Part shown: piece by piece, positions 29,112 through 39,026 of the stretch
How the letters are laid out: every line of letters begins with the position of its first letter
Position numbering within the stretch: the stretch's first letter is position 1
DNA from: Patescibacteria group bacterium
GTDB taxonomy: Bacteria; Patescibacteriota; Microgenomatia; UBA10105; UBA927
DNA: 64,000 nucleotides
Reading direction: 5' to 3'
Assembly: GCA_035510735.1 (NCBI GenBank)
Contig: DATKGN010000004.1
Location: 243,810 to 307,809 of the forward strand
Notes under the pieces: generated by a model
Told to the model about the DNA's origin: nothing
What the model saw: only the letters and a program-made list of their open reading frames with translations
Database searches by the model: none
Made by a program: the position numbers and the translations under genes

Positions 29112-29996
29112 ATGAAACCTTTTTACCTCACAGAAATCACAACGACTGATGGATTAGTGCACCAGGGGATATTCTCTGCGCCGAAAAAACCGGGGAAACG
29201 TGCCATCCTATGGGTACACGGACTGACCGGCAGATTTTACGGCGATAAAGAGATCATGGAGGCGTTTGCGGATGAGTGCGGGAACCGTGGTTGGGGATTT
29301 GCGGCGTTTAACAACCGAGGGCATGACCACATTACCGGTATGCATAAAGTAGACCAGAAGAATCCCGGCGGATTCACGTATGCAATGGGAGGCGGGGGAT
29401 ATGAAAAATTTGAAGAATGTATTTTTGATATTCACGCGGGAGTTGATTTCCTCGTCTCCCGGGGATTCCCGGAAGTATTCGTCGTCGGACATAGCACGGG
29501 GGCGCTCAAAGTTATATATTCCGAAGGGACGAAGCCGCATGAAAATGTTGCCGGTGTTGTTTTGGCGGGAGCGATCAGCGATCGGCTAGGACCTGAAGTT
29601 GATAAAGAAAAATTATCAATTCAGATTGCCCAAATGGAAAAGTTAATTGCCGAAGGTAAAGGGGATGAACTCGTGAACGGACTCGCTTTCTTTCCCATGA
29701 CGCCGAAACGGTTCATAAGTTTATATAAAAAGGGATCCGCTGAAGATGTCGTTGATTACGGCGACGAAAACCCAAAGATGACTGCTTTTTCCAAAATCCT
29801 AAAACCAACGTTAGTTATCATTTCCGGCCAAGATGAAAATTTGGACCGACCAGCCGAGGATATACAAAAAGTGTTTGATGCAAAGACGCATGCGAAACAA
29901 TATAAAAGCATCATTATCCCGAGTGTTGACCATGGATTTACCGGGAAAGAAAAAGAAGCGGTGAATATAATTGTATCCTGGATTACGACGTTGTAG
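29112..29996 (+). CDS. alpha/beta hydrolase (DUF1749-like)
   Basis: VHGLTG, NNRGHD, GHSTG nucleophile elbow, DHGF; paralog of 44486..45379. Confidence 0.8.
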   Translation: MKPFYLTEITTTDGLVHQGIFSAPKKPGKRAILWVHGLTGRFYGDKEIMEAFADECGNRGWGFAAFNNRGHDHITGMHKVDQKNPGGFTYAMGGGGYEKFEECIFDIHAGVDFLVSRGFPEVFVVGHSTGALKVIYSEGTKPHENVAGVVLAGAISDRLGPEVDKEKLSIQIAQMEKLIAEGKGDELVNGLAFFPMTPKRFISLYKKGSAEDVVDYGDENPKMTAFSKILKPTLVIISGQDENLDRPAEDIQKVFDAKTHAKQYKSIIIPSVDHGFTGKEKEAVNIIVSWITTL

Positions 29997-30022
29997 CATC
30001 TATTTGTTATAATCCTCTTGAT

Positions 30023-30634
30023 ATGAAAAAATCGGCGTCGGTCGTTGTTTTAAAGCCCGGATACGCAAGATGGGAAGGATATGCATCACAGCGGGCGTGC
30101 GGAACGATTACTCTTATCAAGTCTCACAAAAATTGCATGGTCGATTTAGGAGTGCCGGGAGATAAAGGTAAAATTCTAAATGAATTAAGAAAGCAAAACC
30201 TCAAACCCAGAGATATCGATACCGTTATTCTCACGCATTCTGATGTTGATCACATTGGTAATATGAATCTGTTTCCGGATGCTACGTTTATCGGTGGAAA
30301 TGATGTGATACAAGGAGATTTATTTAAGGAATTTTTTAAAGAAAAATATACCGTTGATGAAAACATTTCCGTTATCCATACGCCGGGTCATGATAATCGG
30401 AGTATCACAGTCATAGTTAATGCTATAGATGGTGTAGTTGCTATAACCGGTGATTTATTTGAATACGAAAATGATTGGCGTACCGTTGATACGTCCAAAC
30501 CGTGGGAAGTCTGGAGCCAGGATACAAAACTTCAGACCGAAAGCCGCGTAAAAATTTGGAAACTTGCCGATTATATTGTGCCCGGCCATGGGAATATATT
30601 TAAAGTAGATAAATCCGTTCATTTGGATAGGTAA
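30023..30634 (+). CDS. metallo-beta-lactamase-fold hydrolase
   Basis: THSDVDHIGN, HTPGH, TGD, VPGHG. Confidence 0.88.
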   Translation: MKKSASVVVLKPGYARWEGYASQRACGTITLIKSHKNCMVDLGVPGDKGKILNELRKQNLKPRDIDTVILTHSDVDHIGNMNLFPDATFIGGNDVIQGDLFKEFFKEKYTVDENISVIHTPGHDNRSITVIVNAIDGVVAITGDLFEYENDWRTVDTSKPWEVWSQDTKLQTESRVKIWKLADYIVPGHGNIFKVDKSVHLDR

Positions 30635-30643
30635 TCGATTTAA

Positions 30644-30704
30644 CCCCCTTCGCAAATGGCTTCCGCCTTCGCTAAAGCTTCGTCGGACAAGTCGGGCGGA
30701 CAGG
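30644..30704 (+). repeat. nested pair of CCTTCGC-family palindromes, intergenic
   Basis: ccccttcgcaaatggct[tccgccttcgctaaagcttcgtcggacaag]tcgggcggacagg. Confidence 0.7.
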
Positions 30705-30823
30705 CAAAAATTGAATAGAATAGACCTTTGTGCTAGTATTTAGTGTATTCCACGGATGAGATACGAGGAAATGAGGAGGTCCCGATTGGGGCCTTTTGCC
30801 TTTGTTAGAGTTTCTGAGAAGAG

Positions 30824-31300
30824 GTGTTTTATACGACCGAACCAACGAAAACTACACCGCGATACCGCATAACAAAACCGGTGGTTGACGACATTGAGCC
30901 TCTTTGGAAATGGGGAGAGGAAAATTGGGAGCTTTGGAGCGATAGCAAACACAAATGGTATACGAAAAAATCTCTCACGAAATGGGTGAAAGACCCCCAA
31001 AAAGACATTCTTCTTGTTGCAAAAATTGATACGAAACCCATCGGTATGTGTATGACATATGTGCTTCGCGATTGGGCCTACTGCACGGGCCTTTTCGTTG
31101 ATAAAGAATATCGCAGTATAGGAATAGGTAAAACATTACTCACGGAAACCATGAAGCGTTTACGAAAACGTCGCATTGATCTATTTTCATTTATGGTCGA
31201 CGCACGAAACGCGAAGAGTCTCCGGTATTATAAAAAATTGGGTTTTGCGCGCGGTTTTGATAGTATCTGCATGTATAAAACATTGCGGAAAAGTTCCTGA
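30824..31300 (+). CDS. GNAT acetyltransferase
   Basis: LFVDKEYRSIGIGKTLL, N..S.RYYKKLGF. Confidence 0.85.
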   Translation: MFYTTEPTKTTPRYRITKPVVDDIEPLWKWGEENWELWSDSKHKWYTKKSLTKWVKDPQKDILLVAKIDTKPIGMCMTYVLRDWAYCTGLFVDKEYRSIGIGKTLLTETMKRLRKRRIDLFSFMVDARNAKSLRYYKKLGFARGFDSICMYKTLRKSS

Positions 31301-31318
31301 ATGGTATAAAAGAGTATT

Positions 31319-31645
31319 ATGACGGACATGATTCTTGTTTATATAACGTGTGCAAGCCCCGAAGAAGCTAAAAAGATCGGGATGCATTTACTGAAAAAGC
31401 GTTTGTGCGGATGTATTAATATCATTCCCGGCATGAACTCCGTCTATTTTTGGCCGCCGAAAACCGGAGTATTTGAAGAGGGCCACGAAACCATCCTGAT
31501 TGTGAAAACACTTGAGAAAAAATTTGCCGACGTTGAACGCGAAGTAAAAACAGTTCATGTATCCCAGACGCCGTGCATCATTGCAATTCCCGTATCAAAT
31601 GTTTCGAAAAAGTATTACGATTGGATACAAGGAGAAATACAATGA
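31319..31645 (+). CDS. cutA: divalent-cation tolerance protein CutA
   Basis: VYITC..EEAKKI..LLKKRLCGCINI, SVYFW, PCIIAIPV..YYDW. Confidence 0.88.
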   Translation: MTDMILVYITCASPEEAKKIGMHLLKKRLCGCINIIPGMNSVYFWPPKTGVFEEGHETILIVKTLEKKFADVEREVKTVHVSQTPCIIAIPVSNVSKKYYDWIQGEIQ

Positions 31646-32385
31646 ATGGAAAATTGAAAGGAAAAGTCGCACTTGTCACTGGCTCGTCTCGCGGGATCGG
31701 GCGGGCAACGGCAATTCTATTTGCCAAAGAAGGAGCGAATGTCGTTGTTAACTATAAATCCAATAAGAAAGAAGCTGATGAAGTCGTTAAAATTATTGGT
31801 GACGGCAATGCGATTGCTATTAAAGCTGACGTGACACATGGAAGTGACGTTAAATTATTAATCAACGAAACAGTGAAGAAGTTCGGGGGCATTGATATAT
31901 TAATTAATAATGCGGGGGAAATATTCAGGCCCGGTGATTGGAAAAGTGATCAGGCAACCTGGCAAAAAACCATCGATACGAACCTTACCTCAGCATGGCT
32001 TATGATCCGCGAGGCGGCTCCCATCATGCAGAAAAACGGCGGGGGAGCGATTGTGAATACGGTTTCCGTTTACGGATTTTTGGGTGCGGCAGCGGTACTT
32101 GCGTATACGTCAGCCAAGGGCGGGCTCATCACGCTTACGAAGTCATTTGCCAAAGAGCTTGCCCCATCGATCCGGGTGAACGCGGTAGCTCCTAGTAACG
32201 TCATGACCGATATGGTCAAGGGCGCCGGTCCGGCGCTTATTGAACAATTCAGGCAGGAAACGCCGCTCAAGCGGATAGCTGAACCGGTCGAGCTTGCAAA
32301 AGCTATGCTGTTTCTGGTTTCGGATGATGCCAGCTACGTGACCGGGGAAGTTTTGGTCGTCGACGGGGGATATAGCCTCAAGTAA
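31642..32385 (+). CDS. short-chain dehydrogenase/reductase (FabG-like)
   Basis: TGSSRGIG, NNAG, YTSAK, VDGG; start at ATG 31642 overlapping the cutA stop (ATGA). Confidence 0.9.
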   Translation: MNGKLKGKVALVTGSSRGIGRATAILFAKEGANVVVNYKSNKKEADEVVKIIGDGNAIAIKADVTHGSDVKLLINETVKKFGGIDILINNAGEIFRPGDWKSDQATWQKTIDTNLTSAWLMIREAAPIMQKNGGGAIVNTVSVYGFLGAAAVLAYTSAKGGLITLTKSFAKELAPSIRVNAVAPSNVMTDMVKGAGPALIEQFRQETPLKRIAEPVELAKAMLFLVSDDASYVTGEVLVVDGGYSLK

Positions 32386-32405
32386 CTTTCTGGTATACTC
32401 TGTTC

Positions 32406-33269
32406 ATGCCGTTTTATGTTTATGCGTGGATAGCAAACGCTTGTCTTGGTTTGGGTGCCATATCAGGAAAGCTTTCCGCAAAGCACCAGATAAAAAATCC
32501 GTGGTTATTTAATTTCGTTTGGGGTTTAATCATCACCGTTCTTACTCTTCCGTTTGCACTTGCGGCTCACCCCCATTTGCCAACCCATTGGGGTCAGCTG
32601 TGGCTCATGGGTTTTTTTTCCATGGCAGCAGGAGTTCTTTATATTTTTTCGCTGTATGCAGTTGATATTTCCGTTTTGGGGCCGATGTATAACCTGCGGA
32701 TTGTCATCAGTACTATTTTGGGATTCCTTTTGTTCCACGAACGGTTGGCTGGTTTTCAAATCGGTCTTATGGTACTCATTTTGATCGGCGGAGTTTTGAT
32801 AACGGTTGATGAACGGTTCAGTACTAAATCGTTTTTTAACCGAGCTATTGTACTTGTTTTAATTACGGTTACGATGTCTGCTATCTACGGCGCCACCATA
32901 AAGTATGCGATGCAATTCGAAGGATATTGGGAAGTGACCATGTGGGGGAATATCCTTGCGCAGGTTCTTTTAATCCCGACGATTTGGTTTTTTTGGCGGG
33001 ATATACGAAAGGTCCGGTGGCATGAGTGGAGCGGCGTTGTGGGGATTGGCGTATTTTCAACCATTGCATCTGCAGCGCAAAACGCGGCCTACGCCGTGAA
33101 TATCGGTATCACGACCGCAATACTTTCGGCTCCGTCATCCATGATTTTGGCAGTCATGTTGTCGCTCTTTATGCCGAAATTGCTTGAGAAACATACGATG
33201 AAAATATATGCGATCCGGTTTTCGGCCGCTGCCATCATGGTCGTCGCCGCGCTCCGTTTATCTTCGTAA
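32406..33269 (+). CDS. EamA/DMT-family transporter
   Basis: About 10 TM in two repeats; LGFLLFHERL. Confidence 0.75.
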   Translation: MPFYVYAWIANACLGLGAISGKLSAKHQIKNPWLFNFVWGLIITVLTLPFALAAHPHLPTHWGQLWLMGFFSMAAGVLYIFSLYAVDISVLGPMYNLRIVISTILGFLLFHERLAGFQIGLMVLILIGGVLITVDERFSTKSFFNRAIVLVLITVTMSAIYGATIKYAMQFEGYWEVTMWGNILAQVLLIPTIWFFWRDIRKVRWHEWSGVVGIGVFSTIASAAQNAAYAVNIGITTAILSAPSSMILAVMLSLFMPKLLEKHTMKIYAIRFSAAAIMVVAALRLSS

Positions 33270-33324
33270 TTTCCACTTCCGTAATTTGCCTCACGGCGCG
33301 TTTTTATGCTATGATCGAAAACAC

Positions 33325-34218
33325 ATGAAACAGAAGTTTTTTTTCCTCGTTGCTATCCTCGGACTTATTATTGTGGTTGGCGCAGTAATCCATTATCTGG
33401 GTACCCGCGGTCCAAAAATAGGTGAACTCCGGGTAGAAAGTCAACCGGATGCATCAATTTTCCTGGATGATAAAAATATCGGAAAAACGCCATTTCGTGA
33501 CAAAATTGATGTCGGCGATTATACATTGAAACTAGTTCCGAACTCGACAACATCGCAACTGAATTCATGGGAGGGTAAGGTATCAGTCGGTCAGAACCTC
33601 CTGACCTATGTGAATGCAAACCTTAGTGAGTCGGACCTTACGACAGCTGTCGATGAGGTGTGGCTGGAAAAAATAACGAGCAAAACCTCGGAGCTATCCG
33701 TAACGACCAATCCTGATGGTGCGACCGTGCTTGTTGACGATGTCATTAAAGGGGTGACTCCCTTATCGCTTCAGGATATAACAACAGGAGACCACGATAT
33801 CAGCATCACGAATACCGGTTTTCTGACCCGGACGCTCAAGATTAAAACGACTCCGGGGTATCGTCTTATCGCGAGTTTTAAATTAGCACTTTCTCCCGGA
33901 AGTCCGACTCCTGATACAGGGATTGCGGCATCATCAAGTGCAACTCCAGTGTCTAATGCTCTGCCCTCAAGTAGCAATGCTTCGTCGTCGGCGTCTCAAC
34001 AACCTGACCCTCCCAAGCCGTTTGTCATCATAAAAGATACTCCAACCGGATTTTTACGCGTCCGCATGGATGCATCAGTCAGCGCATCGGAAGCGGCGCG
34101 GGTGAATCCGGGTGATAAATTTACCATCGTTGATGATAAAAACGGCTGGTATGAGATAAAATATGACGGCACGAACACGGGGTGGGTCTCAGGTCAATAC
34201 ACCGAGAAAGTTCAGTAA
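33325..34218 (+). CDS. PEGA-domain + SH3b surface protein
   Basis: N-terminal TM; LRVESQPDASIFLD..GKTP and VTTNPDGATVLVD..GVTP; TPTGFLRVR..GWYEI..GWVS. Confidence 0.85.
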   Translation: MKQKFFFLVAILGLIIVVGAVIHYLGTRGPKIGELRVESQPDASIFLDDKNIGKTPFRDKIDVGDYTLKLVPNSTTSQLNSWEGKVSVGQNLLTYVNANLSESDLTTAVDEVWLEKITSKTSELSVTTNPDGATVLVDDVIKGVTPLSLQDITTGDHDISITNTGFLTRTLKIKTTPGYRLIASFKLALSPGSPTPDTGIAASSSATPVSNALPSSSNASSSASQQPDPPKPFVIIKDTPTGFLRVRMDASVSASEAARVNPGDKFTIVDDKNGWYEIKYDGTNTGWVSGQYTEKVQ

Positions 34219-35335
34219 CAAAATCGTTTGGGTCCTTTCTATATTCCTCCTTATTGCGGGATTTATTGTCATCAGCAGGGTGTTGTTGTTGGGTAGTTAT
34301 CCTGATTTTACCAATTATTATTACGGCACGATTGCATTTCTGCATGGGCAAAATCCGTATCTCGGGATGGCAAAGGTTTTTGCGCCGTTTGCCTATCCGC
34401 CGTTTCTTTTTATTATCCTTTCTCCGCTCACCGTATTGCCGTTTATTATTGCGGGTAAAGTGTGGGCAACACTTTCTATACTGTTTTTTTTGGCTTCTCT
34501 GTACGTACTTATTACTGTGTGTGATGGTCATAAACCTGACCACATGACGGTGATTGCAATAGCTATACTGGTCGCGACATTTTTTCCGGCAAAATTTGCA
34601 CTCGGTATGGGACAAATCAATATGCTCATTCTTCTGGGCGTCGCATCATTTTTCTATTTGGAAAAGAAAAAATTGGATTTCGCCGCCGGTATTGTTCTTG
34701 CGGTTGCTATGTCGGTGAAACTGTTTCCGATCCTATTTATCCCCTGGCTCATACTGCGCCGGCGTTGGCAAATTTTGGGCGGATGTATTACTGGGCTCAT
34801 GGTATGTTACGGAGTGCTTGAAATATTGGGTTATGGCAGACTTATCGGATATTATTATGTCCACGTATTTCCGGCGGTCGCCTCAGGGTGGAAAAGCGAT
34901 TATTACAACCAGTCGCTTAGCGGGTTCCTGGCGCGTGAAGTCACAAATGACGCCGTCCGGCGATTGGCGGAAATTGCAGCGGGCTTTGGAATAGTGATTG
35001 CTACATTCATCTCTATTGTCAGTTCGAAAGACCGGAAGCGATTTATTCTTGAGGGAAGTCTCGTTCTTGTTGCAAACGTACTTATCAATGCATTTTCCTG
35101 GCAACACCACTTCGTCTGGATAATTCCGGCACTTATCGCAGTATGGTTTGCAGTCCGGGAATTTCACGTGTCCTGGCTGCTTCGCACTATTTTGTTTGTC
35201 GGTTATGTTTTGGTGGCATCTAATATCCGTAATCCGGATGCGGTACCAGTATTATTAAGATCACACGTTTTCTACGGAGCGCTGTTGTTATGGGGAGGGC
35301 TTCTTTGGATCATTATGCGCCGATACCATAGATGA
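34163..35335 (+). CDS. GT87/DUF2029 GT-C glycosyltransferase
   Basis: DFTNYY, FAYPP, GQIN, KLFP, NQSL, WQHH; multi-TM. Confidence 0.85.
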   Translation: MTARTRGGSQVNTPRKFSNKIVWVLSIFLLIAGFIVISRVLLLGSYPDFTNYYYGTIAFLHGQNPYLGMAKVFAPFAYPPFLFIILSPLTVLPFIIAGKVWATLSILFFLASLYVLITVCDGHKPDHMTVIAIAILVATFFPAKFALGMGQINMLILLGVASFFYLEKKKLDFAAGIVLAVAMSVKLFPILFIPWLILRRRWQILGGCITGLMVCYGVLEILGYGRLIGYYYVHVFPAVASGWKSDYYNQSLSGFLAREVTNDAVRRLAEIAAGFGIVIATFISIVSSKDRKRFILEGSLVLVANVLINAFSWQHHFVWIIPALIAVWFAVREFHVSWLLRTILFVGYVLVASNIRNPDAVPVLLRSHVFYGALLLWGGLLWIIMRRYHR

Positions 35336-36251
35336 TGAGTACCACACATACGGACCAGAGAATAACCGTTGTTAACAGGGGTTTATCGGTTGTCAGAATT
35401 TTTTCAGGAGACTCTCCTTTGCCCTCATAAATGAGTTGCATGTAGCGCATAATACCGTACAGCACAAAAGGAATCGTTATCATGATCCATTTCCGATCCG
35501 GTAAATCCTGGGTAAACATCGTATAACCTTTAAAGAAAAAACCCTGATTGACCGGCCGTTCAAGAAATGTATAAAACGCGTACGTAATAAATGTTGAGTT
35601 TGCAAACATTGCAGTGTACGTATCAAGAAGCCGTTCAGAGTAATGGGAAAGGCTTGATCGCGTTTCATTTGGCAGGGTTCCTTTGTATCCCTGAATGAGC
35701 GTCAGTTCCGCGCGCCGTTTACCGATGGCGAGAAATAGAGCAAGCGATAACGTTGCAAGAGCAATCCAGACGGAAATATGATATCCGGTAGCAGCTTCTC
35801 CCGCGTAGACACGGATAAAGTAGGCTGCGGTGATCGTGAGGATGTCGATTACGGTAATATGTTTCAAAAACAACGTATATGAATACTCCAAAAGGATAAA
35901 AATAATAGACAGGGTAAAGAAGGTTTTATTGATGGAAAAGCTGATAATAAGCCCGCTCACAACAAGTAATCCGGATAATATATACGCCAACGGTTTCGGA
36001 AGATCGCCGCTTGCAATAGGCCGGAATTTTTTAAACGGGTGTTTCCGGTCATGATCGATGTCCATGACATCGTTGAACACATAATTTGATGAGGACAGAA
36101 GACAAAAAGCGATGAATCCCAATAGGGTGGAAGAAAACGCAGCGCCCTCAAAAATATGACCCGTCATCAGGATCGTTGCAAAAAGAGCGAGATTTTTCAA
36201 CCATTGTCGTGGTCTCGCTGTTTTGATAATTGCGAAAAGAAGGCTACCCAT
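35313..36251 (-). CDS. UbiA-family polyprenyl-phosphate phosphoribosyltransferase
   Basis: RPRQWLKN, YVFNDVMD..DRKHPFK..RPIASG, KRRAEL. Confidence 0.85.
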   Translation of the reverse strand: MGSLLFAIIKTARPRQWLKNLALFATILMTGHIFEGAAFSSTLLGFIAFCLLSSSNYVFNDVMDIDHDRKHPFKKFRPIASGDLPKPLAYILSGLLVVSGLIISFSINKTFFTLSIIFILLEYSYTLFLKHITVIDILTITAAYFIRVYAGEAATGYHISVWIALATLSLALFLAIGKRRAELTLIQGYKGTLPNETRSSLSHYSERLLDTYTAMFANSTFITYAFYTFLERPVNQGFFFKGYTMFTQDLPDRKWIMITIPFVLYGIMRYMQLIYEGKGESPEKILTTDKPLLTTVILWSVCVVLIIYGIGA

Positions 36252-37279
36252 ATCATAAATCCGCTGACGGCAAGTATGACAAAAAGCATCGCAAACACTT
36301 TTTGCTTACTTGTTATCGTAAGCGCAATTGCACCCAGTATAGCGGACACACCCCAGTAAAACAAGGCAATTTTTCGTTTCCCCCAACCGATATCTAAGAG
36401 TCTGTGATGAAGGTGACCACGATCGGCTAAAACCGGTGAACGGCTTTTTCCGATACGCCGCAGAAGTGTATAAACGGCATCAATCATGGGAATTCCGAGC
36501 ACAAGGAGAGCGGTGCCGACTTTGCCGTACGACAGAATTCCGAGGATCGCGAGTAAAAATCCCGCAAGTGTTTTCCCCCCGTAGCCCGGCATAATCTTCT
36601 GGGGAAAAAAATTCCACGGGATGAATCCCGCAAATGCTCCCGCTATAACAAACGCAAATATGGTAACGCCGATTTGTGATGGATCATGGATGGTAAACCG
36701 TAATGATAATAATCCGAGTACGCAGGCACTTATTGCGACAAACCCGGGCATTTGTCCGTCAACTCCCGCTGACCATCCGATGATATTCATCGTCCACAGA
36801 ATCCATAAAAAGGCAAAAAGATCCGCCCAGACGAAAATTGAATGCGTGCCCATGAACTGAAAAGAAATATGCAGGATATTTAAGTTAATGACTCCTCCTA
36901 TAAATGGATTGGTTACGTACGGTATGCCAACACCGGAAAATACGACAATGAGTGCCGCGGCTGCGTTTGTGGAAAAGCGAATATATGGATTAATATCTTT
37001 CCGGTCATCGAGTAACCCAACGATCACTAATATAACTGATCCTAAGAGCGTGCCCGCAATAACTTTGTTCATCGGAACAAAAAAGAGTGTTGCAAGGGCG
37101 ATACCAAAAAAAAGGGCTGCTCCGCCTGCTCTCGGAATGATGCCCTTGTGCGTGTGAGCCGGGTGATACCTGGCCTTGGGATCATCGACGAGATGATAGT
37201 GTTTCGCTAAATGTATGACTACGGGTGTTGCTATTGTCGTGAGAATGAGCGCGGATATAAATGGTAGAAAAAAATTCAT
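36197..37279 (-). CDS. WecA/TagO-like polyprenyl-phosphate GlcNAc-1-phosphate transferase (MraY family)
   Basis: PRAGG, GLLDD, GVDG, NFFP, DRGHLHHRL. Confidence 0.85.
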   Translation of the reverse strand: MNFFLPFISALILTTIATPVVIHLAKHYHLVDDPKARYHPAHTHKGIIPRAGGAALFFGIALATLFFVPMNKVIAGTLLGSVILVIVGLLDDRKDINPYIRFSTNAAAALIVVFSGVGIPYVTNPFIGGVINLNILHISFQFMGTHSIFVWADLFAFLWILWTMNIIGWSAGVDGQMPGFVAISACVLGLLSLRFTIHDPSQIGVTIFAFVIAGAFAGFIPWNFFPQKIMPGYGGKTLAGFLLAILGILSYGKVGTALLVLGIPMIDAVYTLLRRIGKSRSPVLADRGHLHHRLLDIGWGKRKIALFYWGVSAILGAIALTITSKQKVFAMLFVILAVSGFMIWVAFFSQLSKQRDHDNG

Positions 37280-37284
37280 GAATG

Positions 37285-37665
37285 TTATGTTACCAGAAAC
37301 AGAACTTTAATGACTGCGATAAATGAAAGTAAGTTAATAAGAAACGAAGACAAAAAAAGTACCTGGGTAAAAATGAGATATTCGCTCATTACATAGATAC
37401 TTATAAGGAGATTAATGAGGTATATACATAATGCGCCGAGCGGAAGAATAAATATCCAGACTGGTTGAGCGAGCTGGTCCGCACCCCAGGGTCGTGAATA
37501 CCAGAGAGGGACAAGCGGCGGCAGTATGGGCCATCGCCATATGATCGCTGCAATTGAGGCTGCGAGGAAAAAGAAAATGAATTTTGTCGCTAATTGGATG
37601 ACCCAATTTTTTTTAACGACTTTCCATGATGTTAATCTGTCGGCTGATTGAAATGATAATTTCAT
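37285..37665 (-). CDS. small membrane protein (DUF1648-like)
   Basis: LPPLVPLWYSRPWG; 3 TM. Confidence 0.6.
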   Translation of the reverse strand: MKLSFQSADRLTSWKVVKKNWVIQLATKFIFFFLAASIAAIIWRWPILPPLVPLWYSRPWGADQLAQPVWIFILPLGALCIYLINLLISIYVMSEYLIFTQVLFLSSFLINLLSFIAVIKVLFLVT

Positions 37666-39017
37666 AATTTTGTATGACGGTCCGGTAGCATGGACTTTTG
37701 GGAAATATTCATGTTATAAACGATTTCGTAGCTTGCGTCGCCGTGAACAAGGAACGCCCTATTCGGATAGACTGGAATAGTTTTAACGATTTCAGACGGC
37801 GGGACTATGATGTCGCCGACATACCAGGGAAATGGTACATTATTCGGATCATAGAAAAAGACTTTCGTTTCATCTTTGCTGTAATATTTCGATTCAAAAT
37901 AGATAAGAGGATTATCAACCAGAACGATATCGTTTTTCCCCATAAGTGCATTTATCTGGAGAATCGTGCTTCTTGAATCAAGTTTGGGATGCTCCTGTGG
38001 ATACCAAATATTGAAGCCGATGATAAAAAGAAAAGCAATGGCCGCTGCCGCAATTTGCAGCGCATGATTTCTGATTTTTTCTATCGTAAGGGTAATGAGA
38101 AATACTTCGGCGATCGTCACTGGGATAACATACCGGATAACAAAAAGGGGTTTTATAAATGAGACGCCGATTGTAACGATAAGCGGAATGATTACCATCA
38201 TAAAAAAGAAACTGTTTCTCGCCCTGACATTTTTAGGAAGTAGGGCGATAATAAATAGAACAAGAAGAATACATGATAACCCCTCTGTAAACGACCATAA
38301 AAACCATGGGGTCCCTTCATATCCGATAAACATATTACCTAATACCGATAAAATAAGCCGGAGGTCTACGGGGAAGTACCAGGAGGATGAAAGTCTGGAC
38401 AAGTCGAGGATTACGTGAATGAGCCACGGAGCAAAAAGAACGACGGTTATTGCGAACGCGCGCACCATAGAATCGTTCAGGATAGTTTTCCAATGTTTCC
38501 AGTGATGTAATTGTTTCTTAACGAATATGTAATGAAGTATCTGAACAGCCGGGACGATAACCATATACGTATGTGTGTAAAGTCCAAGCGTTGTTGCGAT
38601 GATGTAGAGTAACATCCGGTCGTTCATATAGGCATACATTGAAGTAACGGCAAAAAACATATACCAGCCATAGGTGCGCGCTTCGACGCCGTAATATATA
38701 AGCATCGGGTTGAAGAAGAAAAACACCGGAAGGAACCACGACAGCCAATGTGATTTAAATAGTTTTTCTGACCAGTAGATGACGACAATTGTCGCGAGTG
38801 AAAAACCGATGAATGACAAGCTTCGTACGGCCACCTCACCCGTTCCGAAGATTTTCATCCAAAAGTGGAGGAGCAGGTAGTACAGAGGCGGCTCAAAGGT
38901 GACCTTCAAAAATTCCAAGGGCGACCGCTGTGCAAACAGCACTGAGAATGCTTCATCTCTCCAAAAGCTTTGAGTGAGGTAAAAGAGCGGCGTGTTATGG
39001 AAGAGAAAATTCATCAT
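37662..39017 (-). CDS. GT39/PMT-like GT-C glycosyltransferase
   Basis: SFWRDEAFS, PPLYY.LLH.W, R.LS, EARTY. Confidence 0.85.
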   Translation of the reverse strand: MMNFLFHNTPLFYLTQSFWRDEAFSVLFAQRSPLEFLKVTFEPPLYYLLLHFWMKIFGTGEVAVRSLSFIGFSLATIVVIYWSEKLFKSHWLSWFLPVFFFFNPMLIYYGVEARTYGWYMFFAVTSMYAYMNDRMLLYIIATTLGLYTHTYMVIVPAVQILHYIFVKKQLHHWKHWKTILNDSMVRAFAITVVLFAPWLIHVILDLSRLSSSWYFPVDLRLILSVLGNMFIGYEGTPWFLWSFTEGLSCILLVLFIIALLPKNVRARNSFFFMMVIIPLIVTIGVSFIKPLFVIRYVIPVTIAEVFLITLTIEKIRNHALQIAAAAIAFLFIIGFNIWYPQEHPKLDSRSTILQINALMGKNDIVLVDNPLIYFESKYYSKDETKVFFYDPNNVPFPWYVGDIIVPPSEIVKTIPVYPNRAFLVHGDASYEIVYNMNISQKSMLPDRHTKL

Positions 39018-39026
39018 TCTTTTAAA

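Noticed and set aside
30745-30830. Purine-rich leader with hairpin aggtccc-gatt-ggggcct before the GNAT gene
   Set aside because: Matches no riboswitch or T-box consensus I can recognise; one short stem is insufficient.
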